DNA of 63,972 nucleotides, the filler included, from an uncultured Methanosarcinales archaeon (GTDB taxonomy: Archaea; Nanobdellota; Nanobdellia; Woesearchaeales; GW2011-AR9), in the NCBI GenBank assembly GCA_964434885.1. It is 7 parts of 5 records of this genome, joined end to end, with 100 filler letters (N's around TTAATTAATTAA, not from the genome) between each part and the next. Parts side by side here need not be neighbours in the genome. Positions count along the whole stretch, not along the records: positions 25,660 to 42,338 come from CAYSWQ010000002.1; 6 more parts are not named here. One strand, 5' to 3'. This document shows positions 29,981-39,505 of this stretch, piece by piece. Made by a program: the position numbers and the translations under genes. The stretch's first letter is position 1, and each line of letters starts with the position of its first letter. Under the pieces are notes generated by a model. That model did not search any database. It saw nothing but the letters and a program-made list of their open reading frames with translations, and had not been told where the DNA came from.

Positions 29981-30253
29981 ATGCCAGCAGGAAAACACAA
30001 ATCAGGAAGATTTCGAAAAATCTTTGTTAGAACTCCCGGAAGTAGAACTGTAGTTCAACATCGAAGAAGGAAACCAAGTAAAGCTAAATGTAGAGATTGT
30101 GGTAAAGTCTTAGCTGGTGTACCACATGGATTAGCTAGCAAAATAAAAAATCTTCCTAAAACTGTTAAACGTCCAGAAAGACCATATGGTGGAGTTCTTT
30201 GTAGTAAATGTACTAGAGTAATAATGAAAGCAAAAGCGAGGGCTGAAGAATGA
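29981..30253 (+). CDS. rpl34e: 50S ribosomal protein L34e
   Basis: VRTPGSR...CRDCG..L.GV...RPERPYGGVLCSKC. Confidence 0.96.
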   Translation: MPAGKHKSGRFRKIFVRTPGSRTVVQHRRRKPSKAKCRDCGKVLAGVPHGLASKIKNLPKTVKRPERPYGGVLCSKCTRVIMKAKARAEE

Positions 30254-30675
30254 GTTTGTTTGAAGTTGGAAGATTAGTACTTAAAATCGCTGGTCGAGAC
30301 GCTGGCAAGAAAGCAGTAGTAGTTGAAAAATTAGATGAGAATTATGTTTTAATTGATGGACAAACTAGAAGAAGAAAATGTAACACCAAACATCTTGAAA
30401 TTTTACCTCAAGTTTTAAAAATTAATAAAGGGGCATCCCATTCTAATGTTGTAGATGAATTCAAAAAATTAAATTTAGAAGCTTTAGAAACTAAACCAAA
30501 AGAAAAAACAGAAAGACCTAAAAAACAAAGAAAAGAGAAAATTAAAGAAAAGAAATCAGCTAAAAAAATCCCTGAAAAGAAAGAAAAACCAGCTGAACCT
30601 AGAAAAGAAGAATCAAAAAAAGAAGATATTAAAGCTAGTTCTTTCGAAAAAACATTAGAAAAAGAAACAAAATAA
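30250..30675 (+). CDS. rpl14e: 50S ribosomal protein L14e with Lys/Glu tail
   Basis: FEVGRLVLKIAGRDAGKKAVVV..D.NYVLIDG..RRRKCN.KHLE. Confidence 0.95.
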   Translation: MSLFEVGRLVLKIAGRDAGKKAVVVEKLDENYVLIDGQTRRRKCNTKHLEILPQVLKINKGASHSNVVDEFKKLNLEALETKPKEKTERPKKQRKEKIKEKKSAKKIPEKKEKPAEPRKEESKKEDIKASSFEKTLEKETK

Positions 30676-30677
30676 AT

Positions 30678-31343
30678 CTATTTTCTTTCAAACCATAAAT
30701 TAATTTCTCCACTCTTTTTATTATCTAAATAAATCGTTAATTCATCACGTTCCCACATCTTTCTTTCTCCATTCTTCAACTGAACAATACCTTGGTCTTG
30801 AGGTGCCCCAAATCTGTTTTCATATTTTTCTACCAATTTTTCATACAATTGAGAATTGTTATTTTTGAAAATAAATAAAACTCTTCCCAATTCACCTCCT
30901 GGAAAACCATATCCAATAATCCCCCCAGTTTGAGGGTAACCTAAAAACTCATCCAGTTCCTTATTTTTTCCTGGACTATAAGCTTCCATTAACATTCCTG
31001 AATCATATCTAAATTCATTTCCTGGAGATTGAAATCTACGTACTTCTTGAATGTTCATTCCCCATTTCAAACCTACAAATTTTTTAGGAAGCAAATCTTC
31101 CAATGAATCTCCTTTTATTTGGTTTACAATTTCTCCACCAATACAAGAAACCCCTTTATAAATTCCAACACTTCCTCCTGCCACCACGCCAAGAACAGTT
31201 AATCCAATTAAACTTTTTTTCATTACTGAAATAGAAGGTAAAGTTATAGAAACAGAAGGTAAATTAAATTTAGGTAAAGAAAAATTTTTGGTGTAATTAA
31301 TCTCTTTCCAACATGCCAATAATTCTTCTAATTTGTAATTCAT
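30678..31343 (-). CDS. Membrane-anchored hypothetical protein
   Basis: One TM (LIGLTVLGVVAGGSVGIY), then an F.GLKWGM...YEKLVEKYENRFGAP domain. Confidence 0.65.
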   Translation of the reverse strand: MNYKLEELLACWKEINYTKNFSLPKFNLPSVSITLPSISVMKKSLIGLTVLGVVAGGSVGIYKGVSCIGGEIVNQIKGDSLEDLLPKKFVGLKWGMNIQEVRRFQSPGNEFRYDSGMLMEAYSPGKNKELDEFLGYPQTGGIIGYGFPGGELGRVLFIFKNNNSQLYEKLVEKYENRFGAPQDQGIVQLKNGERKMWERDELTIYLDNKKSGEINLWFERK

Positions 31344-32524
31344 TTTAAAAAATCCATCTCAATCAATCCATAAGTATTATCATCTAATTTTTTTTCAAAC
31401 TGAAATGAAAATCTTTCTCCTTCATCATTTAAAAAATATGCTTTTTGATCTTTTTCTCCCACATAAAATAATGATTGGTTATTTCTCATTTCCCAAATTC
31501 TTCTTACTGAACTTTCTTCTGGTCTGTTCTTTCGCACCAAAATATTCGCAATAATTGAATGGGCTGCCAGTCGAGGTGTAGAATGATCATCAATTGAATG
31601 GAGATATTTATCTATTTTGATATAACCCAACCTAAAAAGCTCTTCTTGAATTCTTTTTGTTCCAAATTCCAACTCTGCTTTTCTCATTTCCCCAGTATGG
31701 CGGCCCCGCACAATCTCGTTAGCTAACCAATATTTATCGTCCACATTATCAGTTTGAGATAATTTAGAGTACAAATGATTTAATATTGCTTTACTCTTCC
31801 AATAAGAAAACAAATTTGATGACAAATTTTGTTCTTTTAACAATTCTACTACTTTATCTGCTTCTCCTTGATCAGTTAAAATCTCTACTTTTTCCATATT
31901 TGTAGTTGGTAGTTTTAATTTATATCTAACTTCGGGGAAAAAATAAGATGTCCCACTAAGACCTATCAATCCAATTAATCCAATCCCCATAGTTTTTTTC
32001 AATCTTCTCGAAACTGTTGGTCTTCTCAATTTGGGTTTTTTCTTTTGCCCAAAAAGGCCATAACAACTTTTCACTGCTTCCCATTCTCGAACAAAATATT
32101 TAGTAGAATAAAATTTTTGCCCTCTATGAAAAAAAGTAGCTTCATTAATCTCTTCACCATTTATTACAGGGGGCAAATATTGTAACAAATTAATTTGATC
32201 GGTATTGGCTTGTCCTTGTTTAATTTTATTTATACTTGGCTTTACAACATTAACTCTCAAATTCCTTTCATTTACCAACACTTGAATTGGAATTTTTTCA
32301 GTAGAAACCTGGGGCCTTAATTTAAATAAAAAATCCAACATAAAATCAACATAAGTACGAACATAATTAGAATTATCAATTTCAATCAATTCTTCCAATT
32401 GTTTTGATCCAGGTAATAATTCTTCCTGTGATAAAAGACTTCTAACCCTATCATTTAATTTACGACCAAAAGTAGTTAGATAATTAGGAACAAATAAATT
32501 TTTAGCCAATTGTGTCATCACCAA
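31340..32524 (-). CDS. Single-TM hypothetical protein
   Basis: Central TM (MGIGLIGLIGLSGTSYFF); ATGA-coupled with the downstream gene. Confidence 0.65.
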   Translation of the reverse strand: MVMTQLAKNLFVPNYLTTFGRKLNDRVRSLLSQEELLPGSKQLEELIEIDNSNYVRTYVDFMLDFLFKLRPQVSTEKIPIQVLVNERNLRVNVVKPSINKIKQGQANTDQINLLQYLPPVINGEEINEATFFHRGQKFYSTKYFVREWEAVKSCYGLFGQKKKPKLRRPTVSRRLKKTMGIGLIGLIGLSGTSYFFPEVRYKLKLPTTNMEKVEILTDQGEADKVVELLKEQNLSSNLFSYWKSKAILNHLYSKLSQTDNVDDKYWLANEIVRGRHTGEMRKAELEFGTKRIQEELFRLGYIKIDKYLHSIDDHSTPRLAAHSIIANILVRKNRPEESSVRRIWEMRNNQSLFYVGEKDQKAYFLNDEGERFSFQFEKKLDDNTYGLIEMDFLK

Positions 32525-32733
32525 ACTATAATTTTCTTGAAATGACCAGAATCAAAAGATTGATATCCTTCTTTATTTTTTAAAAATCTCTCAATCCCCA
32601 ACAACGCCCCATAATAATCAGAAAAAATAAATACGCTTTCTCCTTCTTTTTTTAAGTTTTTTGGATCAAATTTCCTAACCAAATCTTGTTCAAATAATAC
32701 TTTTTTCAATTCATACAAATTTTCTTCCTTCAT
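32518..32733 (-). CDS. Small hypothetical protein
   Basis: 71-aa ORF at the head of the operon with an upstream TATA-like element. Confidence 0.5.
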   Translation of the reverse strand: MKEENLYELKKVLFEQDLVRKFDPKNLKKEGESVFIFSDYYGALLGIERFLKNKEGYQSFDSGHFKKIIVW

Positions 32734-32807
32734 CTCAATTAATAATTAGAAAAGTTATATAAATGTTTTGCTACTTTAAAATAAGAAATAAACAAATTAA
32801 ATATATT

Positions 32808-33080
32808 TCATTTCTTAAAAATCATTTTATTTTTATCAAAATAAGATCCTGCTAAAGAACAAGGTAAATAACATCTATTTTCTCTTACACAATCACCATT
32901 AACACTAATCTTATCTTCCCCATATAAAATCTGAAAGACATCTAAACATCTTTCTTCAGTATAAATAGTGCATTTATTATCATCCAAACATTGACAACAT
33001 TCTTGCTCATTGGTTTGATCTTCACAACCCAATAAAGATAACCCTAATAAAGAACTAACTATAATTTTTGCTAAAGACAT
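32808..33080 (-). CDS. Cys-rich putative lipoprotein
   Basis: MSLAKIIVSSLLGLSLLG-C lipobox; 8 further Cys. Confidence 0.6.
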   Translation of the reverse strand: MSLAKIIVSSLLGLSLLGCEDQTNEQECCQCLDDNKCTIYTEERCLDVFQILYGEDKISVNGDCVRENRCYLPCSLAGSYFDKNKMIFKK

Positions 33081-33131
33081 AAATAATAAAAACACAACTT
33101 TTATAAATATTTTATCACCCTAAAACAAAAA

Positions 33132-33464
33132 ATGACACCAGATTTAAGTACAGTTTTAGAAACAATCGCTGAACAACCAACTATTTTTGAATCTCTTCTA
33201 GAACAAGCAAAAGAAGAAGCTAAAACAGACATTGTTTTAAGATTCAAATGGAAAGCCCACATAGACAATTTAATGCAAAGTGAAGCATATGACACTTTTT
33301 TAAATATTGACCAATCAGGATTAAACCCCCATACTAATCGATTAAAATACGAATTAACTAGTTTATATCTTTCTAACGATCTTTATAGAATCCAAATACA
33401 TCAACTCATTGATGAACAACCTAAATATTCTCCAAATCTAACTCCAAACCCACAACCGGCATAG
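33132..33464 (+). CDS. Hypothetical protein
   Basis: 110-aa ORF divergent from the lipoprotein gene; 3' end overlaps pheT. Confidence 0.5.
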   Translation: MTPDLSTVLETIAEQPTIFESLLEQAKEEAKTDIVLRFKWKAHIDNLMQSEAYDTFLNIDQSGLNPHTNRLKYELTSLYLSNDLYRIQIHQLIDEQPKYSPNLTPNPQPA

Positions 33465-35049
33465 TTAAATCCCAATTAGTTAAAACTTGTGGAGAAAATT
33501 CTCCTAACAAACCAACTTTCTTTCCCCCAACAATAACTTGTCCTACCCTACCAGGTAAAAAACTATTATGTTTCATTTCTTTAACTGAATAAGTTAATCC
33601 TAAATTTCTCATTAACCCATCCAAAATTTGTTTAATTTGAGTAAAATCAATCCTCTCCTGACACAAAACAATTCCTAATTTCTCTTTCTCCTTAACTCCG
33701 GTTTCTTGACTCTTATCAAAATCAAAAACTCTTCCAATTTCAAAAACATTCTGCGGAAATTCATTATGTTGATTTTCTTTTAAATTTTTCATCAAACTTG
33801 GTAAGATACTATTTCTCAAATGATTATAATCTCCCATTGAATTTTTCAAAGGAATTAATTTCTCATTCAATTCCATCTTCTCATTCATTTCTTCTTTAGT
33901 AATCAAATGATAATTTTTAACTTCCAATAACCCATATCCAATCAAAATTTCTCTAACTTTCTTAAAATATTTCTCCAATTTATCTTCTTCCCCAATAGTA
34001 GCTACATTTGGAATTTCTTCTTCAAAATTTTCATAACCATAAGCAATAGCAATATCTTCTACTAAATCCACTTGATGTAAAATATCTGCTCGATAAGCAG
34101 GAATTAAAACCATTCCTTTCTCAAAACCAAAACCCATTCTTCCTAACAAAGTAACTACTTCTTTCTCACTAAGATATACACCCAATCTCTTATTAACATA
34201 ATCTAAATCTAATTTCATCTCCCCAGGAATCAAATCTGGGCTAACTTTTTTAGTACCATAATTTAATTCCAATGAAAAGATTTTTCCCCCCATATCTGCT
34301 AAAGCAGTAACAATAATGTTTAAACAAGTCTTAAGTGTTTGATAATCAAAACCAGAACACTCTACAAAAACATCTTTAGTCTTTTCGGATATTTTTCCTG
34401 TTTCATGCGAATTAATAATTGGTGGCATACTCAAAACTTTTTTATCTGCATCAACAAAATAAGGGAACTTACTCAATCCTTCTAACAAATGTCCAAATTC
34501 CCTTCCTGCTTTATGTTGAGACAAAATTTGTAAACCAGTTAATTCTCCTTTTGCTTCTAAAGGCCTAAATTTAATCTGTTCTGGTTTATCTGCCCGATAA
34601 GTAATTGGAAATTTAATTTTCTCCATTGGATAAATACCAATCGCTGCTTTCTTTCTATTCCTTCCATAAGTAATATGTAATTTCTCTTGAATTTGTACAA
34701 TCTCTCTAATTTTCTCATCATCAAAATTCAATCCTTTAACAATCGCACAAGCAGTAAAATCTCGAATTCCTTGCACTGATTTATCAACAATAACTTTTTC
34801 CCCACTACTTTTAACTTGATAATCTCTCAACCCAGTTTTCACTCCAATAAAACTAGAAAATGCCCTAGCAAAACCTTGTTCAGATAATAAATCTGGACGA
34901 TTGGGAAATATTTCCACTTCAATTTCATTCCCATTGATTCCTTCTAAATCAGTTCCCAACATACTAATCCTGTCTTTCAACTGTTCTAGAGGTAATTTCT
35001 TTCCCACTAGTTTTTCAAATACTTTTTTGTTTAATGTTATTGTTGGCAT
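33421..35049 (-). CDS. pheT: Phenylalanine-tRNA ligase beta subunit
   Basis: MPTI..NRPDLLS..QEKLH..SMPPIINS..YRADILH.VDLVEDIAIAYGY. Confidence 0.96.
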   Translation of the reverse strand: MPTITLNKKVFEKLVGKKLPLEQLKDRISMLGTDLEGINGNEIEVEIFPNRPDLLSEQGFARAFSSFIGVKTGLRDYQVKSSGEKVIVDKSVQGIRDFTACAIVKGLNFDDEKIREIVQIQEKLHITYGRNRKKAAIGIYPMEKIKFPITYRADKPEQIKFRPLEAKGELTGLQILSQHKAGREFGHLLEGLSKFPYFVDADKKVLSMPPIINSHETGKISEKTKDVFVECSGFDYQTLKTCLNIIVTALADMGGKIFSLELNYGTKKVSPDLIPGEMKLDLDYVNKRLGVYLSEKEVVTLLGRMGFGFEKGMVLIPAYRADILHQVDLVEDIAIAYGYENFEEEIPNVATIGEEDKLEKYFKKVREILIGYGLLEVKNYHLITKEEMNEKMELNEKLIPLKNSMGDYNHLRNSILPSLMKNLKENQHNEFPQNVFEIGRVFDFDKSQETGVKEKEKLGIVLCQERIDFTQIKQILDGLMRNLGLTYSVKEMKHNSFLPGRVGQVIVGGKKVGLLGEFSPQVLTNWDLTMPVVGLELDLENI

Positions 35050-35050
35050 T

Positions 35051-35389
35051 TTAAAGATTCTTTCTTTGTGAAGAATTGTTTTCAGACAAACCTTCAAATT
35101 TTTTAGTTATTCTGTTTTTAACAAAATGAAATGCTTCTTCCATATCAATATTAAGTTGATTAGCTAAACGACAAGTAGCAAATAACAAGTCACCAATTCC
35201 ATCTTTAAAATCTTCTTGTTTTTCTTGAATAACTGAAATTCTTTCTTCTTTATTTTTATATCTTAATAATTTACTCATTTCTATTAATTCTTCATGTAAA
35301 TGATCAAATTTATCAACAGTAGGATGATCTTCCCATTTTTGTTTAATTGCAAAATCTTTTACAAATTTTTGAGCTTCTTTAATCTTCAT
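35051..35389 (-). CDS. MazG-like nucleotide pyrophosphohydrolase
   Basis: HLHEELIEM...DGIGDLLFATCRLANQLNIDMEEA. Confidence 0.8.
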   Translation of the reverse strand: MKIKEAQKFVKDFAIKQKWEDHPTVDKFDHLHEELIEMSKLLRYKNKEERISVIQEKQEDFKDGIGDLLFATCRLANQLNIDMEEAFHFVKNRITKKFEGLSENNSSQRKNL

Positions 35390-36897
35390 TTCAACCACGC
35401 TTTCATTTCTCTTAATTGTTTTAAATCATTCTTATACAATTCTCGAATATCTTTAATCTTCCAATATTCAGATATTATTCGACCCATTCCCTGACCCCAA
35501 GCTAACACTGGACAATCAAAACCCAAAAGAGGTTTCACAACTTCCGGACGGAAGATTCCTGCTCCTCCCAATTCCACCCATTCTTTCTTCCCTGGATGAA
35601 AAACATCAACTTCTACTGAAGGTTCTGTATAAGGAAAATGAGCCGGTCGCATCCTTACTTTAGTATATCCCATCTTCTGATAAAATTCAGTTAAATATCC
35701 TTTCAAATGTTTCAAATTAGCGTTTGGATCAACTACTATCCCTTCCACTTGATAAAATTCAAACAAATGTTTCCAGTCTAATGCTTCATTTCTAAAAACT
35801 TTACCTACTGAAAAAAACTTTGCTGGCAAATCTTCTTTCTTTAATCCAGCAATTGTCCTCGCAGATAAATTTGTAGTATGGGTTCTTAACAATATCCTCT
35901 CCGCTTCTGCTCGAGAATAATTTCCTCCCCACCCTTTACTTCTTGTATCCCCACCATTCTCATGCACTTTTCTAACTACTCTATAAACATTTGGCAATTT
36001 AGCTTTTCCATTCAAATAAAAAGTATCTTGCATATCTCTAGCTGGATGATCTTGTGGAACAAATAAAGCATCTAAATCCCAAAAAGAAGATTCAACATAA
36101 TTTCCTTTCATTTCTTTAAATCCTAATTCCAACCAAATTTTCTTAATATAATCTACTGCCTGATTAACAAAATGAATTTTTCCCCCATTAATTTGAGGAA
36201 CATTAATTTCTACATCATATTCTCGAAAGTTCTTTCCTTTCCATTTTCCAGTTTTTAACATTCCAGGAGTTAACCTATTTTCAACATCTCCTCCCAACTT
36301 CAATTTAGCTAACTTTTTACCTACTTCAAGCAATTCAACAGAAACTGCTTTAACTTCTTCAATTTTCAAAAAACCTTTTCTCTTCAACAAATTATCTAAT
36401 GCTAATTTATCCAAATCTTTAATTAAGTTAAAATCTAATGGAAAATCACGATGTAAAAATTTCTCTTCTGGGGTTTCCTTCAACAATCTTAAACCTTGCG
36501 GACCTAATTTAACCATCAATTCATTTTCCTTTTTAATTTCAATTGCTAATTTACTTCTTAATAACCCTAAACAAGCATTAGTTTCTTCTTTATTCAAATT
36601 AGCCTTCTTAGCCACCAAACTCAAAGCCGAAAATTTATCTCCCAATACTTTCAACAATCTTTTCTCAGGTAAACCTTCTTTTTTATACTGTAAACCATTC
36701 TTATCCAATAAAACAACTTTCTTTTTATCAACAACAATCTTAACTGCTTTCTTGTTCTCTAACCATTGTAATGCTCGCATTACTTCTATTTCCTGTAAAC
36801 CACTAGATTTAACAATACCAGATAATTCTTTCTCTTTACTTAAAACTGGCAAAACCTGCCTCTCCAAAGAATGTAATTTAGCTACTAACTTTTCCAT
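35386..36897 (-). CDS. pheS: Phenylalanine-tRNA ligase alpha subunit
   Basis: LFVPQDHPARDMQDTFY, LRTHTT, FRNE, FPYTEPS, GGAGIFRPE. Confidence 0.97.
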   Translation of the reverse strand: MEKLVAKLHSLERQVLPVLSKEKELSGIVKSSGLQEIEVMRALQWLENKKAVKIVVDKKKVVLLDKNGLQYKKEGLPEKRLLKVLGDKFSALSLVAKKANLNKEETNACLGLLRSKLAIEIKKENELMVKLGPQGLRLLKETPEEKFLHRDFPLDFNLIKDLDKLALDNLLKRKGFLKIEEVKAVSVELLEVGKKLAKLKLGGDVENRLTPGMLKTGKWKGKNFREYDVEINVPQINGGKIHFVNQAVDYIKKIWLELGFKEMKGNYVESSFWDLDALFVPQDHPARDMQDTFYLNGKAKLPNVYRVVRKVHENGGDTRSKGWGGNYSRAEAERILLRTHTTNLSARTIAGLKKEDLPAKFFSVGKVFRNEALDWKHLFEFYQVEGIVVDPNANLKHLKGYLTEFYQKMGYTKVRMRPAHFPYTEPSVEVDVFHPGKKEWVELGGAGIFRPEVVKPLLGFDCPVLAWGQGMGRIISEYWKIKDIRELYKNDLKQLREMKAWLK

Positions 36898-36978
36898 CTC
36901 TTAAAAGAAACCAAGATTATTTATAAAATTATTGTCTTAGTAATTATCAAAGAAAAAATAAATAAAAAAAGAAAAAAA

Positions 36979-37770
36979 TTACTTGCCCCACATCTTATTG
37001 AACATTCCGTCCATTGCTGTGGTAAAGTAAGGTGTTTTAACCCAAACCCCTAAATCATAGGTCGGATGAACATCTTTATCATTCAAAGCCATGAAGACAA
37101 TATCTTTTCCGTCTACTGTACAGAATCGAGCATCAACTTCTTTGTTAGCTTTAACTTCTGCTAATCCTTTCAAACTACTAGCTAATTTTTTATGGTCTTT
37201 AGAATGATTTGCTAAAATTCTAATCTTCACTCCTTTCTTCTGAACTTTTTCAAAAGTAGGTCTCAATGCTTCAACTTTTCTCATAAAACCAGAACCAGTA
37301 GTCATGATATTAACACTTGACTTAGCTTCTTTAACTAACAAATCCAAATGGTTGTATAAGTTATGTCTTCCTCGGATACATCCACTTAATTCTGCTGGAT
37401 CAACTAAATCAACACCTTGGGTATGTAGTGTTTCTAATTCTGACATCATTTCAGAATTTTTGATTCCATCCAATCTTTTAATTTTTTCTTGCGCATTCAA
37501 ATGCATATTTTTTTTAACTCGACCAACCACTTCATTTGGTGGAATAGCAATATACTTAATCGGCTTACCTAATTTCATTACTACAAATCCTTTCTTTTCT
37601 AAACTTTCCAAAACATCATAACTTCGACTCCTTGGAACATCCGCAATATCTGATAATTCACCTGCAGTAGAAACACCTCGAGAAAGAATAGCTGCCCACA
37701 ATTTAACCTCATATAAATTCAGGTCGAAATACCTTCTTAGTTTGCTTAACAATTCATCTTTTACAATCAT
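36979..37770 (-). CDS. TrmB-family regulator/chromatin protein (TrmBL2-like)
   Basis: LNLYEVKLW...ELSDIADVPRSRSYDVLESLEKKGFV. Confidence 0.9.
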   Translation of the reverse strand: MIVKDELLSKLRRYFDLNLYEVKLWAAILSRGVSTAGELSDIADVPRSRSYDVLESLEKKGFVVMKLGKPIKYIAIPPNEVVGRVKKNMHLNAQEKIKRLDGIKNSEMMSELETLHTQGVDLVDPAELSGCIRGRHNLYNHLDLLVKEAKSSVNIMTTGSGFMRKVEALRPTFEKVQKKGVKIRILANHSKDHKKLASSLKGLAEVKANKEVDARFCTVDGKDIVFMALNDKDVHPTYDLGVWVKTPYFTTAMDGMFNKMWGK

Positions 37771-37968
37771 TTTTTTACAACCCCCCTCTTTTTTTTCTGT
37801 ATTTGTAAAATTACAAACACATAACAAAGTCCACTTTTTTTCACCCCGTAAACTTTTGTTACTAAGCTATAAGTAAATGGAACTACTATTAAAAGGTTGC
37901 GGTTATTGAAAATATAGTTTATTACTGGTGCGACATAAAAACTAGGTTAAAATAATGGCTTTCTATTT

Positions 37969-39021
37969 TTACCATTCTAATTTGTACCTCAATAAAGCAG
38001 CTACTCCACCAAGACCTTTCAATTTTTTTCCACCTTCATGTTCATCAGAAATTATAAAAATTTCACCTTTCAAATTATCAACTTGCTTCATCAACAAATC
38101 TAATTTTTCATAATCTTCTTGCTGTCTCAACTCTTGAATCAAAAAATCTCCCACCAATAATTTGATCACTGCTCCAGCCTCAACTGCCTTAGCAACTTGT
38201 TCAAAACCATAAACTGCTACACCTTCTTTATGAATCTCTGCTAGTAACTCTTCAACCAATAATTCTTCTTCCCGCGTTCTACTTTTCTTCAATGCTTGTT
38301 GTAATTCTGGTCTCTTCAAAACTTCATCAATGGCATTATTACTTACTGAACCGCAAGTAGATAAAACAATTTTTTTCTTCAAATCTCCTTCTACTTTTTT
38401 CATCAAATCCTCTTTGAAAAAAGCCGGACTAGCCAAAATAATACTTTCTGGAGAATATCTTTTTTCATAATCTTTCAACAATTTAATAATCTCGTCATAA
38501 AAATCAGTTCTCACTTCAACTTTTTTTCTTTTTCGAGCAACATCTCCTTCCAATTTTAACAAAACATCATAACCATACATTTTTGATAATGCAAAAACCG
38601 CTTCTTCTCGATCAAAAACACAAATCAAGAAATGGTGTTTCTTTTCTGCTGCTTCTGTCAATTTATCTTTTTGATATTTCAACCACTTTATCTTTTCTAA
38701 AACAAATTCAGAATTTTTTTCCAATGAAATTGTATGATAACTACCAGAAGGAATATCTTCCGGACCCGATTTAACTTTCCCACTCACTCTTAATATGTCA
38801 CTAAACTTATGAAACTCAACTTTCTCTACTTCTACTTTCAAAGTTAAAGTTTTTTTCACAGTCTTAGCATTCTCTCCATCACCAATCTTTATTTTTCTAG
38901 TAGTCTTCCCTTTAACTAAATCACCAGTATCTATAATATGACTAAGATACCATAAATCGTCCATATCATTAACTCGAAGTTTAACAACTCCTTTCCGAAA
39001 ATCTGAATGAATAATATCCAT
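37969..39021 (-). CDS. pelA: mRNA surveillance protein Pelota
   Basis: DDLWYLSHII..GD....TTR, GSYHT, HEGGKKLKGLGGVAALLRY. Confidence 0.96.
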   Translation of the reverse strand: MDIIHSDFRKGVVKLRVNDMDDLWYLSHIIDTGDLVKGKTTRKIKIGDGENAKTVKKTLTLKVEVEKVEFHKFSDILRVSGKVKSGPEDIPSGSYHTISLEKNSEFVLEKIKWLKYQKDKLTEAAEKKHHFLICVFDREEAVFALSKMYGYDVLLKLEGDVARKRKKVEVRTDFYDEIIKLLKDYEKRYSPESIILASPAFFKEDLMKKVEGDLKKKIVLSTCGSVSNNAIDEVLKRPELQQALKKSRTREEELLVEELLAEIHKEGVAVYGFEQVAKAVEAGAVIKLLVGDFLIQELRQQEDYEKLDLLMKQVDNLKGEIFIISDEHEGGKKLKGLGGVAALLRYKLEW

Positions 39022-39136
39022 AGAATTAGTTAAAAGCATCAATGTATTAAATATATTACTATAAAACAAAACAGTTAACAAAACTGAACACTAGAAAATA
39101 TAAATTTATTTAAATAAACTATCTTAACAATTTATT

Positions 39137-39439
39137 ATGAAATGGAAAACAATTTGTTCAGATGGTTCAAGAGTAGGCACAATTACTTTTCTACTTGATC
39201 AAAAAAGTTATACTTGTTTAGAAGCCACTGTCGAAAATTATAGGATCAATGAAATAGCTCCTACTTGGTCGGATTATACTTTTCGTTGTGATAGAGGACA
39301 TGCTACATTAACTTTACCAAATAATTTAGATCCAACCATCATGAAAATATTAGGTGTAGCAGAAGATGAAATTGTTGGACAAAAAGTTTTAGCATATTAT
39401 GATATAAATCAATTAGTGGGATTTGCCCCCATAAAATAA
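39137..39439 (+). CDS. Hypothetical protein
   Basis: 100-aa ORF with upstream TATA-like element. Confidence 0.55.
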   Translation: MKWKTICSDGSRVGTITFLLDQKSYTCLEATVENYRINEIAPTWSDYTFRCDRGHATLTLPNNLDPTIMKILGVAEDEIVGQKVLAYYDINQLVGFAPIK

Positions 39440-39505
39440 TTTTCAAACTAAAACCTCTTCTCCCTTCCCATTAAATTTATATATGATAAAACTTTTCTAA
39501 TCCCT

